A stretch of 64,000 nt of DNA from an uncultured Candidatus Binatia bacterium (GCA_964291295.2 OZ219754.1:896001-960000); one strand, 5' to 3'. Shown: positions 37,230-47,802, counted from the stretch's first letter. Program-made: numbers and translations. Notes: generated by a model from the sequence alone, not told the origin.

Positions 37230-39338
37230 GTGCAGGAACGGGAGCGGGTGGCCGAGTCCGGCGCCGGTCCTTTGTTTTCGGATGCCGCCGCCGTTCCATT
37301 GCGCGGGACCGGACTCGGAACGGGGGGGCGCGTGGCCGGCGGACTGACGATAGCGGAAGAGGTTCTTCTGCTCATCCTGGACAGCGAAAAGGGCGACATC
37401 CAGTCGTCGCTTCCGGCGCACTCCCGCGACCTCGTGATGGCCGGGGCGGCGCTCATGGATCTGACGCTGGAGAACCGTCTCGATACCGACCTCGAGCGTC
37501 TGGTGGTGGTGGACCCCACGCCCGTGGGCGATGACCTGCTCGACCCGATCCTGTCCGACATCACGGCAGGGACCGAGGTTCGCGACACCGCCTACTGGCT
37601 TGAGCGGATCGCCGGGCGCGGCGACGAGATCCGCCGCAAGACCATCGACCGGCTGGTGGGGCGCGGAATTCTGGAAGCCGAGAGCAACGGTCTGGTCTTT
37701 CTTTCGCGCCTGGTCGCGCGCGCGCGCCGCTATCCGGTGGCGGGCGAGAAGACCATCGAGGAAGTCCAGTTCCGGATCATGCGAACGATATTCAGCGAGG
37801 ACATTCCCGATCCCCGCGATATCGTCATCATCAGCCTGGCCTCGGCCTGCGGGGTTTTCGAGAGCCTTCTTTCCCGGGAAGAACTGGCCGATGTGCGCGG
37901 CCGCATCGACCAGATCGCGAAGCTCGATCTGATCGGCCGGGAGGTGGCGGCGGCCGTCGGGCGGATCAAGCCACAGGCACCGGTGGAGACCGCGGCCCGT
38001 CCTCACGAAGAGATTCCACAGGCGTCGGGACTGCCGCTGGTGGGCAACACTTTCGACTTGTCGGGCGACATCGGGGCATTTCTCGCCAGTGGATACCGCA
38101 AGTACGGCCCGATTTTCCGCGTCCGGGCTTTCAACCGGCGCTTTATCGTATTCGTCGGCCCCGAGGCCGTCGCGTTCATGACCAGGATCGGGAACACGCA
38201 CCTTCGCTCCTTCGAGATCTGGCGCGACTTCGTTTTTTCCATGGGCTCCGCTCACTCGGTGTTGAGCATGGACGGGCGCGAGCATCTTCAGATGCGCAAG
38301 TTTCTGGCCAAAGGGTACGCACCCAAAATCATCGAGACCAGGATGGATGAATGCGTCGACGTCACCCGTCGCCTTGTCTCCGAGTGGCCCCTTGACCGGC
38401 CGCTCGCGGCCCAGAAGGCGATGCAGACAATCGTCGGCGAGGTGATGTGTCAACTGCTGACGAGCGTTTCTCCGCGAGAACATCTGGACGATCTGATCTT
38501 CTACCTGGAAACGAATCTGAAGGTTCACCTTCTGCACAGCCGGCCACGGCTGATGATGTGTTCGCCCCGCTACCGGCGCGCCCGGCGGAGCGTGATGGAT
38601 CTGTATGCCAAGACCCTCGACGCGCACCGGCCGGAGCAGCGCGCAGGGAAACCGCCGGATTTTGTCGACGAGATTCTGGCCATGAACCGGGAAGATCCAC
38701 AGTTCCTTCCCGAGACCGACTACCTGATGACCGTTCTCGGAACCTATATTGCCGGCCTTGACACCGTCGCGAGTGTCTGTTCGTACATGCTCCACGCCCT
38801 GTTGACGTACCCGGATCTGCTGGAAAAAATGAGGGCCGAAGTCGACGCCCTGTTCGACCGGGGAATGCCCGGCGAGGAGAACCTGCGCGCCCTCGACGTC
38901 ACGCACCGCATCGTACTCGAGACGCTGCGCCTGTATCCTGTCATCCCGGCGGTCACGCGCACCGTGTCCAATTCGTTCGAGTTCGGCGGCTATCGGGTTC
39001 CGGCCGGAGCGCAGGTCATCGTCGGCAGTTCCGTCGGGCACCGCTTGCCGGAGTGTTTTTCGGATCCGGAACGTTTCGACATCGAACGTTACCGGCGGGA
39101 CCCCCCGGAACACCGGAAACCGGGCGTGTACGCTCCCTTCGGCCTGGGCAGGCACCGTTGCCTGGGCAGCGGTTTTGCCGAGGTGCAGCTCATGCTCACC
39201 ATGGCAACCATCATCCACGAGGTTGAAATCGCGCCCGAGCAACCCGACCACCGCCTCAAGATCCAATACAGTCCGATCCCCCATCCCGATGCTTCGTTCC
39301 GATTTCGGGTGACAAACAAGCGGAGGCATGTCGCATGA
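37230..39338 (+). CDS. GPP34/GOLPH3-family domain fused to cytochrome P450
   Basis: N-terminal LTIAEEVLLLILD...AGAALMDL.LENR..D...LV.RGIL...RYP; P450 AGLDT, ETLR, PERF, FGLGRHRCLG; start uncertain (GTG37230 or GTG37332). Confidence 0.85.
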   Translation: MQERERVAESGAGPLFSDAAAVPLRGTGLGTGGRVAGGLTIAEEVLLLILDSEKGDIQSSLPAHSRDLVMAGAALMDLTLENRLDTDLERLVVVDPTPVGDDLLDPILSDITAGTEVRDTAYWLERIAGRGDEIRRKTIDRLVGRGILEAESNGLVFLSRLVARARRYPVAGEKTIEEVQFRIMRTIFSEDIPDPRDIVIISLASACGVFESLLSREELADVRGRIDQIAKLDLIGREVAAAVGRIKPQAPVETAARPHEEIPQASGLPLVGNTFDLSGDIGAFLASGYRKYGPIFRVRAFNRRFIVFVGPEAVAFMTRIGNTHLRSFEIWRDFVFSMGSAHSVLSMDGREHLQMRKFLAKGYAPKIIETRMDECVDVTRRLVSEWPLDRPLAAQKAMQTIVGEVMCQLLTSVSPREHLDDLIFYLETNLKVHLLHSRPRLMMCSPRYRRARRSVMDLYAKTLDAHRPEQRAGKPPDFVDEILAMNREDPQFLPETDYLMTVLGTYIAGLDTVASVCSYMLHALLTYPDLLEKMRAEVDALFDRGMPGEENLRALDVTHRIVLETLRLYPVIPAVTRTVSNSFEFGGYRVPAGAQVIVGSSVGHRLPECFSDPERFDIERYRRDPPEHRKPGVYAPFGLGRHRCLGSGFAEVQLMLTMATIIHEVEIAPEQPDHRLKIQYSPIPHPDASFRFRVTNKRRHVA

Positions 39339-40627
39339 CGGACCGTTCGCTGCTCCGCAACCACCCGGAAGAAATATCCGCTGAATGGATGCAGGCGGCG
39401 CTGACGGCCGGCGGAAAATTCGCCTCGCCGCGGATCGAGGCCGTCGAGGTCGATCCAATGGAAGCGGTGACCAATGCGTTGGGAACCCTTGTGCGCTGCC
39501 GCCTGTCCGTCCGCGCCGACTCGTCTCCGGTGCCTGAAAGCGTCATCGTCAAGCTGCCGACGGCCAACCCGAAGTTCATGAAGCTCGCCAAGTGGCTGTT
39601 GCTGCACAAGAGGGAGTACGAATACTACTACCGTTTGGCGCCGCACTCGCCCATGCGGTCGCCGGCCCTCTACTACGGCGCGTACGACGCACGCAGCCAC
39701 CGCTTCGTGCTGATCATGGAAGATCTGCGCCCGATGGAGACGGTGCCGCAGGCAAGGGGTGTCGAGGGCGCGCAGGTGCACCTGGCGATCCGGGAACTCG
39801 CCGGCATGCACGGCCATTTCTGGGACGCCGTCGACCGACCCGACCTTTCCTACCTCTATGACAACTTCAATTCCCGATATGGGCGGATCATGCAGGCCGC
39901 CTACCTTGCCTTCGTTCTTCCCACCCTCGAACGCTTCGGCAACCTCTTCTCGCCCCGCATGCGCCGCTTTTCCGAAGCGCTGGGGCCGCGCATCACCACC
40001 CACTACACGAGCCTCGCGTCCGGTCCGAAAACACTGGTCCATGGCGACTACCGGGCGGAGAACATGTTTTTCGATGCCGCGGCAAAGGACAACTTCGCGG
40101 TGATCGACTGGCAGGGCTGCGGTGCGGGCGGCGGCCTCTACGACGTGGCCTATTTCCTGGCGTCCAGCGTTTCCGTGGACACCCGCCGGCGGATGGAACG
40201 CGAGGTGCTGGAGGAATACCACGACATCGTCTGCCGCATGGGGGGGAGGGGCCGGAACTACACGTTCGAGGATTGTTGGCGCAGCTACCGGCAGAACATG
40301 CTCAACGCCTTTGTACCATGCGTTCTGGGATGCGGCAGTCTGGACGTGATGTCCGACCCCCGGCGCGTCGAACTGGCGACCGCCCTGCTGAGCCGTGCGA
40401 TCGCGGCCATCGAGGATCTTGACGCCGACGAATTCCTGCCGACGCGCGAACGGATCCTGACCCCTGGCTACACCTTCTCGGCCCTGTCCCGCCTGGGCTA
40501 CGGCGCCTACCGCATGGCGCGGCGCCTGCGCCGGAAGAAGGCCTCGTCGAGCGACCGCTCCGCCACCGGTGATGCGGACCGCGGCCCCGCTGCTCCCAAA
40601 CCCCCTGACAGGACCGATGACGACTGA
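39335..40627 (+). CDS. APH/choline kinase-like phosphotransferase (ecdysteroid-kinase-like/DUF1679)
   Basis: SVIVKLP, REYEYY, LIMEDL, LVHGDYRAENMFF, VIDWQ, YDVAYFL. Confidence 0.85.
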   Translation: MTDRSLLRNHPEEISAEWMQAALTAGGKFASPRIEAVEVDPMEAVTNALGTLVRCRLSVRADSSPVPESVIVKLPTANPKFMKLAKWLLLHKREYEYYYRLAPHSPMRSPALYYGAYDARSHRFVLIMEDLRPMETVPQARGVEGAQVHLAIRELAGMHGHFWDAVDRPDLSYLYDNFNSRYGRIMQAAYLAFVLPTLERFGNLFSPRMRRFSEALGPRITTHYTSLASGPKTLVHGDYRAENMFFDAAAKDNFAVIDWQGCGAGGGLYDVAYFLASSVSVDTRRRMEREVLEEYHDIVCRMGGRGRNYTFEDCWRSYRQNMLNAFVPCVLGCGSLDVMSDPRRVELATALLSRAIAAIEDLDADEFLPTRERILTPGYTFSALSRLGYGAYRMARRLRRKKASSSDRSATGDADRGPAAPKPPDRTDDD

Positions 40628-42251
40628 GGCCGCCGCGGGTCCGGAAAGGGAAGCGCCAGCGCCCTCGCCAGCGGATACCGACTTCGCGGCCCTCCCCGGG
40701 CGTTCGGTGACGCTGTCCATGGTGTGCGTGCTGCTTGCCATGTTTCTGGCAGCGCTGAGCCAGACCGTGGTGGCTACGCTGCTGCCCCTGATGGTGGCCG
40801 ACATGGGCGGGTTCGAGCGCTACGCCTGGGCCGTGACCGCCTACATCGTCGCCGCAACCGTCGTCTACCCCATCGCCGGTCGGCTGAGCGACATTCACGG
40901 ACGCAAGCGCTCCCTGATCGCCGGCCTGGCGGTCTTCATGGTCGGCTCCGCACTGGTGGGCCTCAGCGCTTCGATGACCCAGGTCATCGCGTTCCGGGCC
41001 ATCCAGGGGATTGGCGGCGGTATCGTCATGACCTGCTGCTACGTCGCCATCGCCGACCTGTTCCCTCCCGAAGACCGGGGCAAGTATCACGGTCTGATCG
41101 GCGCCGCCTATGGCGTCGCCTCCGTCGCCGGACCGATCCTGGGCGGGGTCGTTGTCGAGCGTCTTTCCTGGCAGTGGGCGTTCGTCCTGATCGCCTTGGC
41201 CGGCATCCCGATCCTGGCATTGACGGCGCGGATCTATCCCGCCCACCACCGCACTCAGGATAGTCCCCGACTCGACCTTGCCGGCATGGCGGCCCTGGTC
41301 CTCGCCGTCGTTCCCCTCCTTCTTGCCCTCTCTTCGGGAGGAGTCCAGTACGCTTGGGACACGCCGCTGATCGTCGGTCTGCTCGCCTTCGGGGTGGCCA
41401 TGAGCGGCGCCTTCGTGGTGATTGAAGCGCGCACGTCCGCGCCCATCATGCCGTTGGGAATCTATGCGAACCGGGTAGTGAGCCTGGCCGTGGTGGTGAC
41501 GCTGCTCACCAGCCTGGGACTCTACGGAGGCGTGCTGTTCCTGCCGTTGTTCTTCCAGGTGGTGCTGGGGGTGTCGGCGACCGCCAGCGGCACTCTCCTG
41601 GTTCCCATGCTGCTCGGCATGGTCGCCGGCGGTATCGTCTCGGGACAACTGCTGTCAAGAGCCGGCGGACACTACCGCATGCAGGTTCTGGCCAGCTCCG
41701 GACTCATGGCGGTGGGCATGTATCTGCTTTCCACCATGAACGAGGCGACCAGCCTGGTGGCGTCGGTATGCTACATCTCCATCGCCGGACTCGGCTTCGG
41801 TGGCACCGTGGCCACTCTCTCGGTCGCGGTGCAGAATTCCGTCCCATTCGCTCTAGTGGGCGCGGCCACCGCGGCCCTGCAGTTCTTCCGGTCGCTGGGC
41901 GGCATGCTGGGTCTCGCCGTACTGGGCGCGGTGATGGCGCGGAGCTTCTACCTGACGCTCGACTCGACCCTCCCCGACCCGGTCAGGGAGGCGCTCCCGC
42001 AGGGCGGACTGGAGGCCCTCCGAAACCGTCCGGCCGCGCTGGACGACCGATTCGCCACCGAGTCCCTGACGGCGTACTTCGCGGAAGCCGGACCGGACGG
42101 CCACGCCCTCGCGGCCCTGCTGCACGATGCTTCGGTCGCGGCGCTGTCGGGCGCGCTGAACGATGTGTTCTCCATCGTCGCCGCAGTGACAGTCCTGTCA
42201 TTCGTCGGCGCAATCCTCTTCCGCGTGCCCCCCCTGGGCCGGCTGCCGTAG
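40617..42251 (+). CDS. MFS drug-resistance exporter (DHA2, EmrB/QacA-like)
   Basis: GRLSDIHGRK motif A, RAIQGIGGG, many TM helices; overlaps kinase stop. Confidence 0.9.
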   Translation: MTTEAAAGPEREAPAPSPADTDFAALPGRSVTLSMVCVLLAMFLAALSQTVVATLLPLMVADMGGFERYAWAVTAYIVAATVVYPIAGRLSDIHGRKRSLIAGLAVFMVGSALVGLSASMTQVIAFRAIQGIGGGIVMTCCYVAIADLFPPEDRGKYHGLIGAAYGVASVAGPILGGVVVERLSWQWAFVLIALAGIPILALTARIYPAHHRTQDSPRLDLAGMAALVLAVVPLLLALSSGGVQYAWDTPLIVGLLAFGVAMSGAFVVIEARTSAPIMPLGIYANRVVSLAVVVTLLTSLGLYGGVLFLPLFFQVVLGVSATASGTLLVPMLLGMVAGGIVSGQLLSRAGGHYRMQVLASSGLMAVGMYLLSTMNEATSLVASVCYISIAGLGFGGTVATLSVAVQNSVPFALVGAATAALQFFRSLGGMLGLAVLGAVMARSFYLTLDSTLPDPVREALPQGGLEALRNRPAALDDRFATESLTAYFAEAGPDGHALAALLHDASVAALSGALNDVFSIVAAVTVLSFVGAILFRVPPLGRLP

Positions 42252-42377
42252 CGGCGCCGGGATGCCCGTGGTTGGCGGCCCACGGCGGTGGAGGGCAGGC
42301 AACACGGTGACCTGCGGGAGCGGGTAACCGGAAACGGCATTTCAACCGTCGCTCGGGCGACAGAAGGAGGCATTGTC

Positions 42378-42962
42378 ATGGCAATCCGGCTTTTCAACTC
42401 CAGGACCTCGATGTTCTGCGAGAAGATCCGCGTGGTCCTGAGCATGAAGAACGTTCCCTACGACGTGGTGGACGTCCGGGCCGACGAGCGCAAGTCGTTG
42501 ATCGCCTTCTCCAACCAGCGGAAGGTCCCCACCATGGACTTCGACGGCCAGTGCATCCAGGACTCCACCCTGCTGGCCAGGTATCTGGAGGAGAAGCACC
42601 CCGAGCCCACCATCTATCCGGACAACCCCTCGGACAAGGGGTTGTGCCTGATGCTCGAGGACTGGGCCGACGAGGATCTCAACGGCGCGGTCATGCGTTT
42701 CCGCAGGGCAAAGGACGAAGAGGAGGTCAGGCAGGCCGAGAAGGCGCTGGCGGTCCATCTGGAGAATCTCGATCTGCTCTATTCCGGGCGGGACTACCTG
42801 TTCGGCCGCATGACCTTGGCCGATATCTCCATCTACGTGCAACTCCACTACCTCTACACCTCCCTGGACCGCGAGATCGACTCCCGCTACACCCATGTGC
42901 ACGCCTTCCTGGAGCGCATGATGAAGGCCACGGGGGTGTCGTCCATCAAGGAGGTGGCGTAG
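42378..42962 (+). CDS. Glutathione S-transferase family protein
   Basis: SMFCEKIR, KVPT, IQDS, MTLADISIY; RBS AAGGAGG. Confidence 0.88.
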   Translation: MAIRLFNSRTSMFCEKIRVVLSMKNVPYDVVDVRADERKSLIAFSNQRKVPTMDFDGQCIQDSTLLARYLEEKHPEPTIYPDNPSDKGLCLMLEDWADEDLNGAVMRFRRAKDEEEVRQAEKALAVHLENLDLLYSGRDYLFGRMTLADISIYVQLHYLYTSLDREIDSRYTHVHAFLERMMKATGVSSIKEVA

Positions 42963-42964
42963 GC

Positions 42965-43384
42965 TCAGATCCGGCCCCAGCGGATGCACCGCAGCACCCG
43001 GATGCGGATGACGGGCCGTTCATCCAGGGCCATGGAGCGGTACTGCGGATATTTTCGGCGCAGCAGCCGCACCGCCTTCCGGTGGGTCTCGCCGCGCGTC
43101 AGGATCGTTGCCCTGCCCTGGATGATGATGTGGGCCAGCCGGGACCAGTCCTCGTCGTCGTAACGGTGCACCACCACCGATACCCGGGGGTTGACGCGGA
43201 TATTGCGCACCCGCTTCAGTTCCCGCACCGCCGCGGCCTTGGGCTTCTCGTCGATGGGAGAGTAGAGGCACGTGCCGTCGAAGGCGAAGCAGAAGGGCAC
43301 GCCGAGGGGCTGGCCCTGCCCGTCGGCCGTGGCCAGATGACCTGTCCGGGCCTGACGGATGAACGCCGCCTCCCCGCGGGTCAT
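42965..43384 (-). CDS. PPOX-class F420-dependent oxidoreductase (TIGR03668-like)
   Basis: GHLATAD, IDEKPK, LKRVRNI..NPRVS, YDDEDWSRL, LRRKYPQY. Confidence 0.85.
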   Translation of the reverse strand: MTRGEAAFIRQARTGHLATADGQGQPLGVPFCFAFDGTCLYSPIDEKPKAAAVRELKRVRNIRVNPRVSVVVHRYDDEDWSRLAHIIIQGRATILTRGETHRKAVRLLRRKYPQYRSMALDERPVIRIRVLRCIRWGRI

Positions 43385-43396
43385 TCCCTTACCCCG

Positions 43397-43495
43397 CCGC
43401 GGTTGCCGCGAAGGCGGCCATCGGTGAAGGGGGCGGCGCGGCGGAATCCGCGGATCCTGGCCGCACTCGCATCGCCGCCTTCGCGGCAACCACGG
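43397..43495. repeat. Inverted pair of 22-bp REP-like units (BIME/MITE-like hairpin)
   Basis: ccgcggttgccgcgaaggcggc / gccgccttcgcggcaaccacgg, 1 mismatch. Confidence 0.75.
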
Positions 43496-43514
43496 CTCTG
43501 CCGGTGCCGGCCCA

Positions 43515-44510
43515 CTACAGCTTGTAATCCCCCAGCAGCGTCGGTGCGAACAACTCTTCCACCGCCGGGGCCTTGTCGCCCAGCAGGCCCTGCTCGCCCA
43601 TGTAGCGGATCAGCGCCTCGATGACATGGCGGTTGGGCTCGATGCCGTAGGGCCACCAGTCGTTGCCGAAGACGTCCCGCAGCAACGCGATCTCGGCCTG
43701 GAGCCAAGGCAGCGTGCAGGCCATGGTGTTGTCGATGTGCATGCGCGCGAAGGCGTCGTCCTTGGCGCGGCAGAAGGCCGCGTAGAGGCTCCGGGCCACC
43801 CAGGGATTGGCCTCGAACACGTCCTTGCGGATGCAGACGGTGTGCATGATGGGGAAGATCTTCGTGCGCCGGTAGTAGTCGATCTCCACGGACTTGAAGT
43901 CGGGGAACAGGCGGCGGATGTGCGGTGCTCCGGCGGCGTGGCACGACGGGATGCGGGCGGTGACAAGGGCGTCGATCTCGCCCTTGTCCAGCATGTCGTT
44001 CAGGGTGCGGTCGTTGGGTATGGGCCGGACCTTGATCTCCGGCGGCAGCCGCAACTCGATGCGCTCCTTTCGCCCCGGGACTTCCTGGCCGCCGGTGAAC
44101 CACTCGAGGTCGCTCGCCTTGATGCCGTGGTCGTCGCTCAGGAAGCCGCGGATCCACACCGCCGCGGTGATGGAGTATTCCGGCACGCCGACGCGCCTGC
44201 CGCGCAGATCCTCGGGCTTGTCCAGCCCCCGGTCGGTGTTGATGAACACGCAGGAATGGCGGAAATAGCGGGACGGGAACACCGGGATGGCCGTGAACGG
44301 GCTTTCGCCCCGGGAGGTCATGGTGATGTAGTTGGCCAGCGACATCTCCGAGGCGTGGAACTCCTGGTGGTGGCCCATGCGCCAGAAAATCTCCTCCGCC
44401 TGCATCGGGAGATAGTTGAGGGCGATCCCGTCGGGTTCGAGGGAGCCGTCCTGCAGCGTCTTGGTGCGGTCGTAGTCGCCGCACGCCAGTGTCAGAGGCA
44501 GTTTCGCCAT
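43515..44510 (-). CDS. 4,5-dihydroxyphthalate decarboxylase-like / substrate-binding-fold protein
   Basis: LTLACGDYDRT, IPVFPSRYFRHS, GVPEYSITAAVWIRG, IFPIMH, WPYG.EPN. Confidence 0.85.
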   Translation of the reverse strand: MAKLPLTLACGDYDRTKTLQDGSLEPDGIALNYLPMQAEEIFWRMGHHQEFHASEMSLANYITMTSRGESPFTAIPVFPSRYFRHSCVFINTDRGLDKPEDLRGRRVGVPEYSITAAVWIRGFLSDDHGIKASDLEWFTGGQEVPGRKERIELRLPPEIKVRPIPNDRTLNDMLDKGEIDALVTARIPSCHAAGAPHIRRLFPDFKSVEIDYYRRTKIFPIMHTVCIRKDVFEANPWVARSLYAAFCRAKDDAFARMHIDNTMACTLPWLQAEIALLRDVFGNDWWPYGIEPNRHVIEALIRYMGEQGLLGDKAPAVEELFAPTLLGDYKL

Positions 44511-44609
44511 GGCAGTGTTCCTTGTACGCTCGTCCGCCGGAGCCGGCGGCACCCGGGCGAAGGCTTCTTCGCTTTCCGCCTGTAACTTCCTGTTCATGTA
44601 ACTTCCCGC

Positions 44610-45911
44610 CTATGTCTCCACCTTGTGGATCACCAGGCCGGTGACGAGCTTGGGAAAGAAGTAGGTGGACTTCTGGGGCATCTTGTCGCCCTTGAGGGAG
44701 ACGCCGATCATGTCGCCGGCGCTGGGAGGGTTGAGAAGGAATGCGGCCTCGCAGCCGCCGCGCTCCACTTGGGCCAGCGCCTCCTCCGCGTCGTGGGTAT
44801 ACGCCACCGCCTCCGTGTTCACCGCGTCGCGCGTGGAAACGCCCAGAATGTGCTCCAGCAGCAGCACATGCAGCGTGGTGACGTCCAGGCTGCGCAGTTC
44901 GGGGCTCATGTCGGGCGCCAACCGCCGCATCGTCTCCCCGTCCCTGAGCCGCAGCACAAGATGACGCGGGTGGTCCCGGAAGGAGGCGCCCAGGAGCCGC
45001 TGGCCGCCTTCGGGGTGTTCCAGGGTGTCCAGGAACCGCCGCCGCCCCGCGCCGTCCCGGGAGAATGCCTCCAGGTGGAAATGCGGCTGCAGCCTTGCTT
45101 CCAGATCCCGGAGCGGTGCGCCCGGCAGTTCCCGCACCAGCCGGTGCGTGGGCAATATCACCACGCCCTCTTCCTCCAGGTTGGCGAAGTACATCATCAC
45201 CCGGTGGTATCCTTCATTGCCGGCGGCGTCCGGCCGCTCCGCCATGCGCCGGCTGCGGTAGCGGGAGGCGGCCTCGTAACGATGGTGTCCGTCGGCGATG
45301 AAGACCTCCTTCCGGCTCAATGCGTCCCGCATCAGGGCGATGAGGCCCGGGTCGGTCACCGCCCAGAGCCGGGAGGTGCCGAACTCTCCCAGTTCCGCCT
45401 CCACCTTGGGCCGGCGCGAGCGCACGTGCTCGTGCAGGGCTTGGGTCAGGGTGGGCCGGGGGTCGGTGTACAGGCCCAGGATGGCGCTGAACTGCGCGTC
45501 GCAGGCGAGCATCAGCCTGAGGCGGTCCTCCCGGGGTTCGGCAAGGGTGTTCTCGTGGCCGTGGATGCCGCCGCCGAAGTCTTCGATGGCGGCCAGCGCG
45601 ATGAAGCCGCGCCGTTCCCGCCGGACCCCGCCGCGCAGGCGGTATTCCTGGCTCAGGTAGTAGATGGCCGGCTCGTCTTCCGCCACCAGGGTGCCCTCCG
45701 CCTGCCATTCCCGGAACCGCTCGGGCACGGTCTCGTAAGGGTCGGCGTCGCGGCAGAAGTCGATGCGCACGACGTTGCGCGGCGAGCGGTCGTACAACTC
45801 CGCCTGCAGTTCGGGAGAGATGACATCGTAGGGCGGCGCCACCACGCTGGAAAAATCGTCGATCTTCCCGGGGTGGTAGGTCAGCCCCCGGAAGGGAAAG
45901 ATCTTGGCCAT
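44610..45911 (-). CDS. DUF1015 family protein
   Basis: [37 protein letters not shown]. Confidence 0.9.
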   Translation of the reverse strand: MAKIFPFRGLTYHPGKIDDFSSVVAPPYDVISPELQAELYDRSPRNVVRIDFCRDADPYETVPERFREWQAEGTLVAEDEPAIYYLSQEYRLRGGVRRERRGFIALAAIEDFGGGIHGHENTLAEPREDRLRLMLACDAQFSAILGLYTDPRPTLTQALHEHVRSRRPKVEAELGEFGTSRLWAVTDPGLIALMRDALSRKEVFIADGHHRYEAASRYRSRRMAERPDAAGNEGYHRVMMYFANLEEEGVVILPTHRLVRELPGAPLRDLEARLQPHFHLEAFSRDGAGRRRFLDTLEHPEGGQRLLGASFRDHPRHLVLRLRDGETMRRLAPDMSPELRSLDVTTLHVLLLEHILGVSTRDAVNTEAVAYTHDAEEALAQVERGGCEAAFLLNPPSAGDMIGVSLKGDKMPQKSTYFFPKLVTGLVIHKVET

Positions 45912-45922
45912 GGTCTTCGGCC

Positions 45923-46435
45923 CTACCCCTTCAGCTTTTCCTGCAGGTTCCGGTCCTTGGCCTCGACCCCGGCGGCCAGCTCTTCCTTGAAGCGGACGAG
46001 CCGGGCGGCCAGTTCCGGATCCTTCCGGGCGATGATCTGGGCCGCGAAGATGCCGGCGTTGGCGGCACCGCCCTTGCCGATGGCCATGGTGGCCACGGGC
46101 ACCCCGGCCGGCATCTGCACCGTCGCCAGCAGTGCGTCCATGCCGTCCAGCGCCGACGCGCTCAGCGGCACGCCGATGACCGGCAGGGTGGTGGCCGCCG
46201 CCGCCACCCCGGCCAGGTGGGCGGCCGCGCCGGCGCCGACGATGAAGGCCTCGATGCCCCGGTCCGCCGCCCCGCTGGCGTAGGCGTGGGTCCGCGCCGG
46301 CGAGCGGTGCGCCGACGATATGTGCATCTCGTAGGGGATGCCGAAGGATTCAAGCCGCGCCGCGGCCTCCTTCATGACCTCCACATCGGAATCGCTTCCC
46401 ATCAGAATCGCCACTTTCGGAGTCTGCTCCGCCAC
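45923..46435 (-). CDS. purE: PurE (AIR carboxylase/N5-CAIR mutase)
   Basis: [29 protein letters not shown]. Confidence 0.96.
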   Translation of the reverse strand: MAEQTPKVAILMGSDSDVEVMKEAAARLESFGIPYEMHISSAHRSPARTHAYASGAADRGIEAFIVGAGAAAHLAGVAAAATTLPVIGVPLSASALDGMDALLATVQMPAGVPVATMAIGKGGAANAGIFAAQIIARKDPELAARLVRFKEELAAGVEAKDRNLQEKLKG

Positions 46436-46495
46436 GTGTGTTTCCTCCTTCGTGTCTGTGCCCGAATCGGTTCGCCCCGCCGGCGTGCGCCCGCC

Positions 46496-47776
46496 TCAAC
46501 CTCGATCCAGCGCGCGCCGGGCAATGTCCCGGCGGCAGTGCATGCCGTCCCAGTTGACCCTGTCCACCCCGCCGTAGGCCTCGCGGGCGGCCGCAGCCAA
46601 GGTGTCGCCAAGTGCGGTCACGCCCAGAACCCGCCCGCCGTTCGTGAGCCAGCGCTCTCCGTCGCGTTTTGTCCCGGCATGGAACGCGTGTCCTTTGTGC
46701 CACGACGCCAGCCCGCCGGACCCGTCGAGCCCGTCTATTTCCATACCGGTTCCGTACTCGCCGGGGTAGCCCCCGGCGGCCAGCACCACGCACACCGCCG
46801 CCTGGTCCGACCACCGGGCGGTCACCTCCCGGAGCCTGCCCTCGGCGGTGGCCAGGAGAAGCGACGGGAGGTCGCTCTGGAGCCGCATCATGATGGGCTG
46901 GCATTCGGGGTCGCCGAAGCGGGCGTTGAACTCCAGTACTTGGGGGCCGTCGCCGGTGATCATGAGCCCGGCGTAGAGCACGCCGCGGTACACCAGGCCG
47001 CGGCGCTCGAGCCCCGCCGCCAGCGGTTTCAGCACCCGCTCCACCACCGCCTCGTGCACGGCCGCGTCCACCACCGGCGCCGGTGAGCAGGCGCCCATGC
47101 CGCCGGTGTTGGGCCCCTCGTCGTTGTCGAAGACGCGCTTGTGGTCCTGGGCCGACGCCAGCGGAAGAAAGTCGCGGCCGTCCATCAGGGCCATGAACGA
47201 GGCTTCCTCACCCACCATCTGTTCCTCGATGACCACCCGGTCGCCGGCTGCGCCGAAGACCTTGCGGCCCATGATGCCGTCGAGGGCGGCTTCGGCTTCC
47301 GCGCGGCCGGAGCACAGGATGACGCCCTTGCCGGCCGCCAGCCCGTCCGCCTTCACCACGCACGGCCGGTCCCGCGCCACGTAACGGCGCGCCTCGCCCA
47401 GGTCCGAGAAGACCTCGCAGGCCGCGGTGGGGATGCCGTTCTCCAGCATCAACTCCTTGGCAAAGGCCTTGCTGCCCTCCAGCCGCGCCGCGTCCCGGCC
47501 AGGCCCGAACACCCTGAGGCCCCTGGCCGCGAACATGTCGCCGATGCCCAGCACCAGCGGCTGCTCCGGTCCCACGACGGTGAGGTCGATGGCTTCGCGG
47601 GCGGCGAACTCCGCCAGCTTGTGGATCTCGCCGGCGCCGATGTCCACCCGTTCGGCCAGCCGGCCCATGCCGTCGTTGCCGGGCGCACAGTAGAGCCGGT
47701 CCACGTGCGGGCTTTGACGCAGCTTCCAGACCAGGGCGTGTTCCCGCCCGCCGCTGCCGACCACCAGAATCTTCAT
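46496..47776 (-). CDS. purD: Phosphoribosylamine-glycine ligase
   Basis: GSGGREHAL, KADGLAAGKGV, GPNTGGMG, EFNARFGDPE. Confidence 0.97.
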   Translation of the reverse strand: MKILVVGSGGREHALVWKLRQSPHVDRLYCAPGNDGMGRLAERVDIGAGEIHKLAEFAAREAIDLTVVGPEQPLVLGIGDMFAARGLRVFGPGRDAARLEGSKAFAKELMLENGIPTAACEVFSDLGEARRYVARDRPCVVKADGLAAGKGVILCSGRAEAEAALDGIMGRKVFGAAGDRVVIEEQMVGEEASFMALMDGRDFLPLASAQDHKRVFDNDEGPNTGGMGACSPAPVVDAAVHEAVVERVLKPLAAGLERRGLVYRGVLYAGLMITGDGPQVLEFNARFGDPECQPIMMRLQSDLPSLLLATAEGRLREVTARWSDQAAVCVVLAAGGYPGEYGTGMEIDGLDGSGGLASWHKGHAFHAGTKRDGERWLTNGGRVLGVTALGDTLAAAAREAYGGVDRVNWDGMHCRRDIARRALDRG

Positions 47777-47802
47777 GGTCCGGGCGGGCTGCATGCCGCA
47801 CT

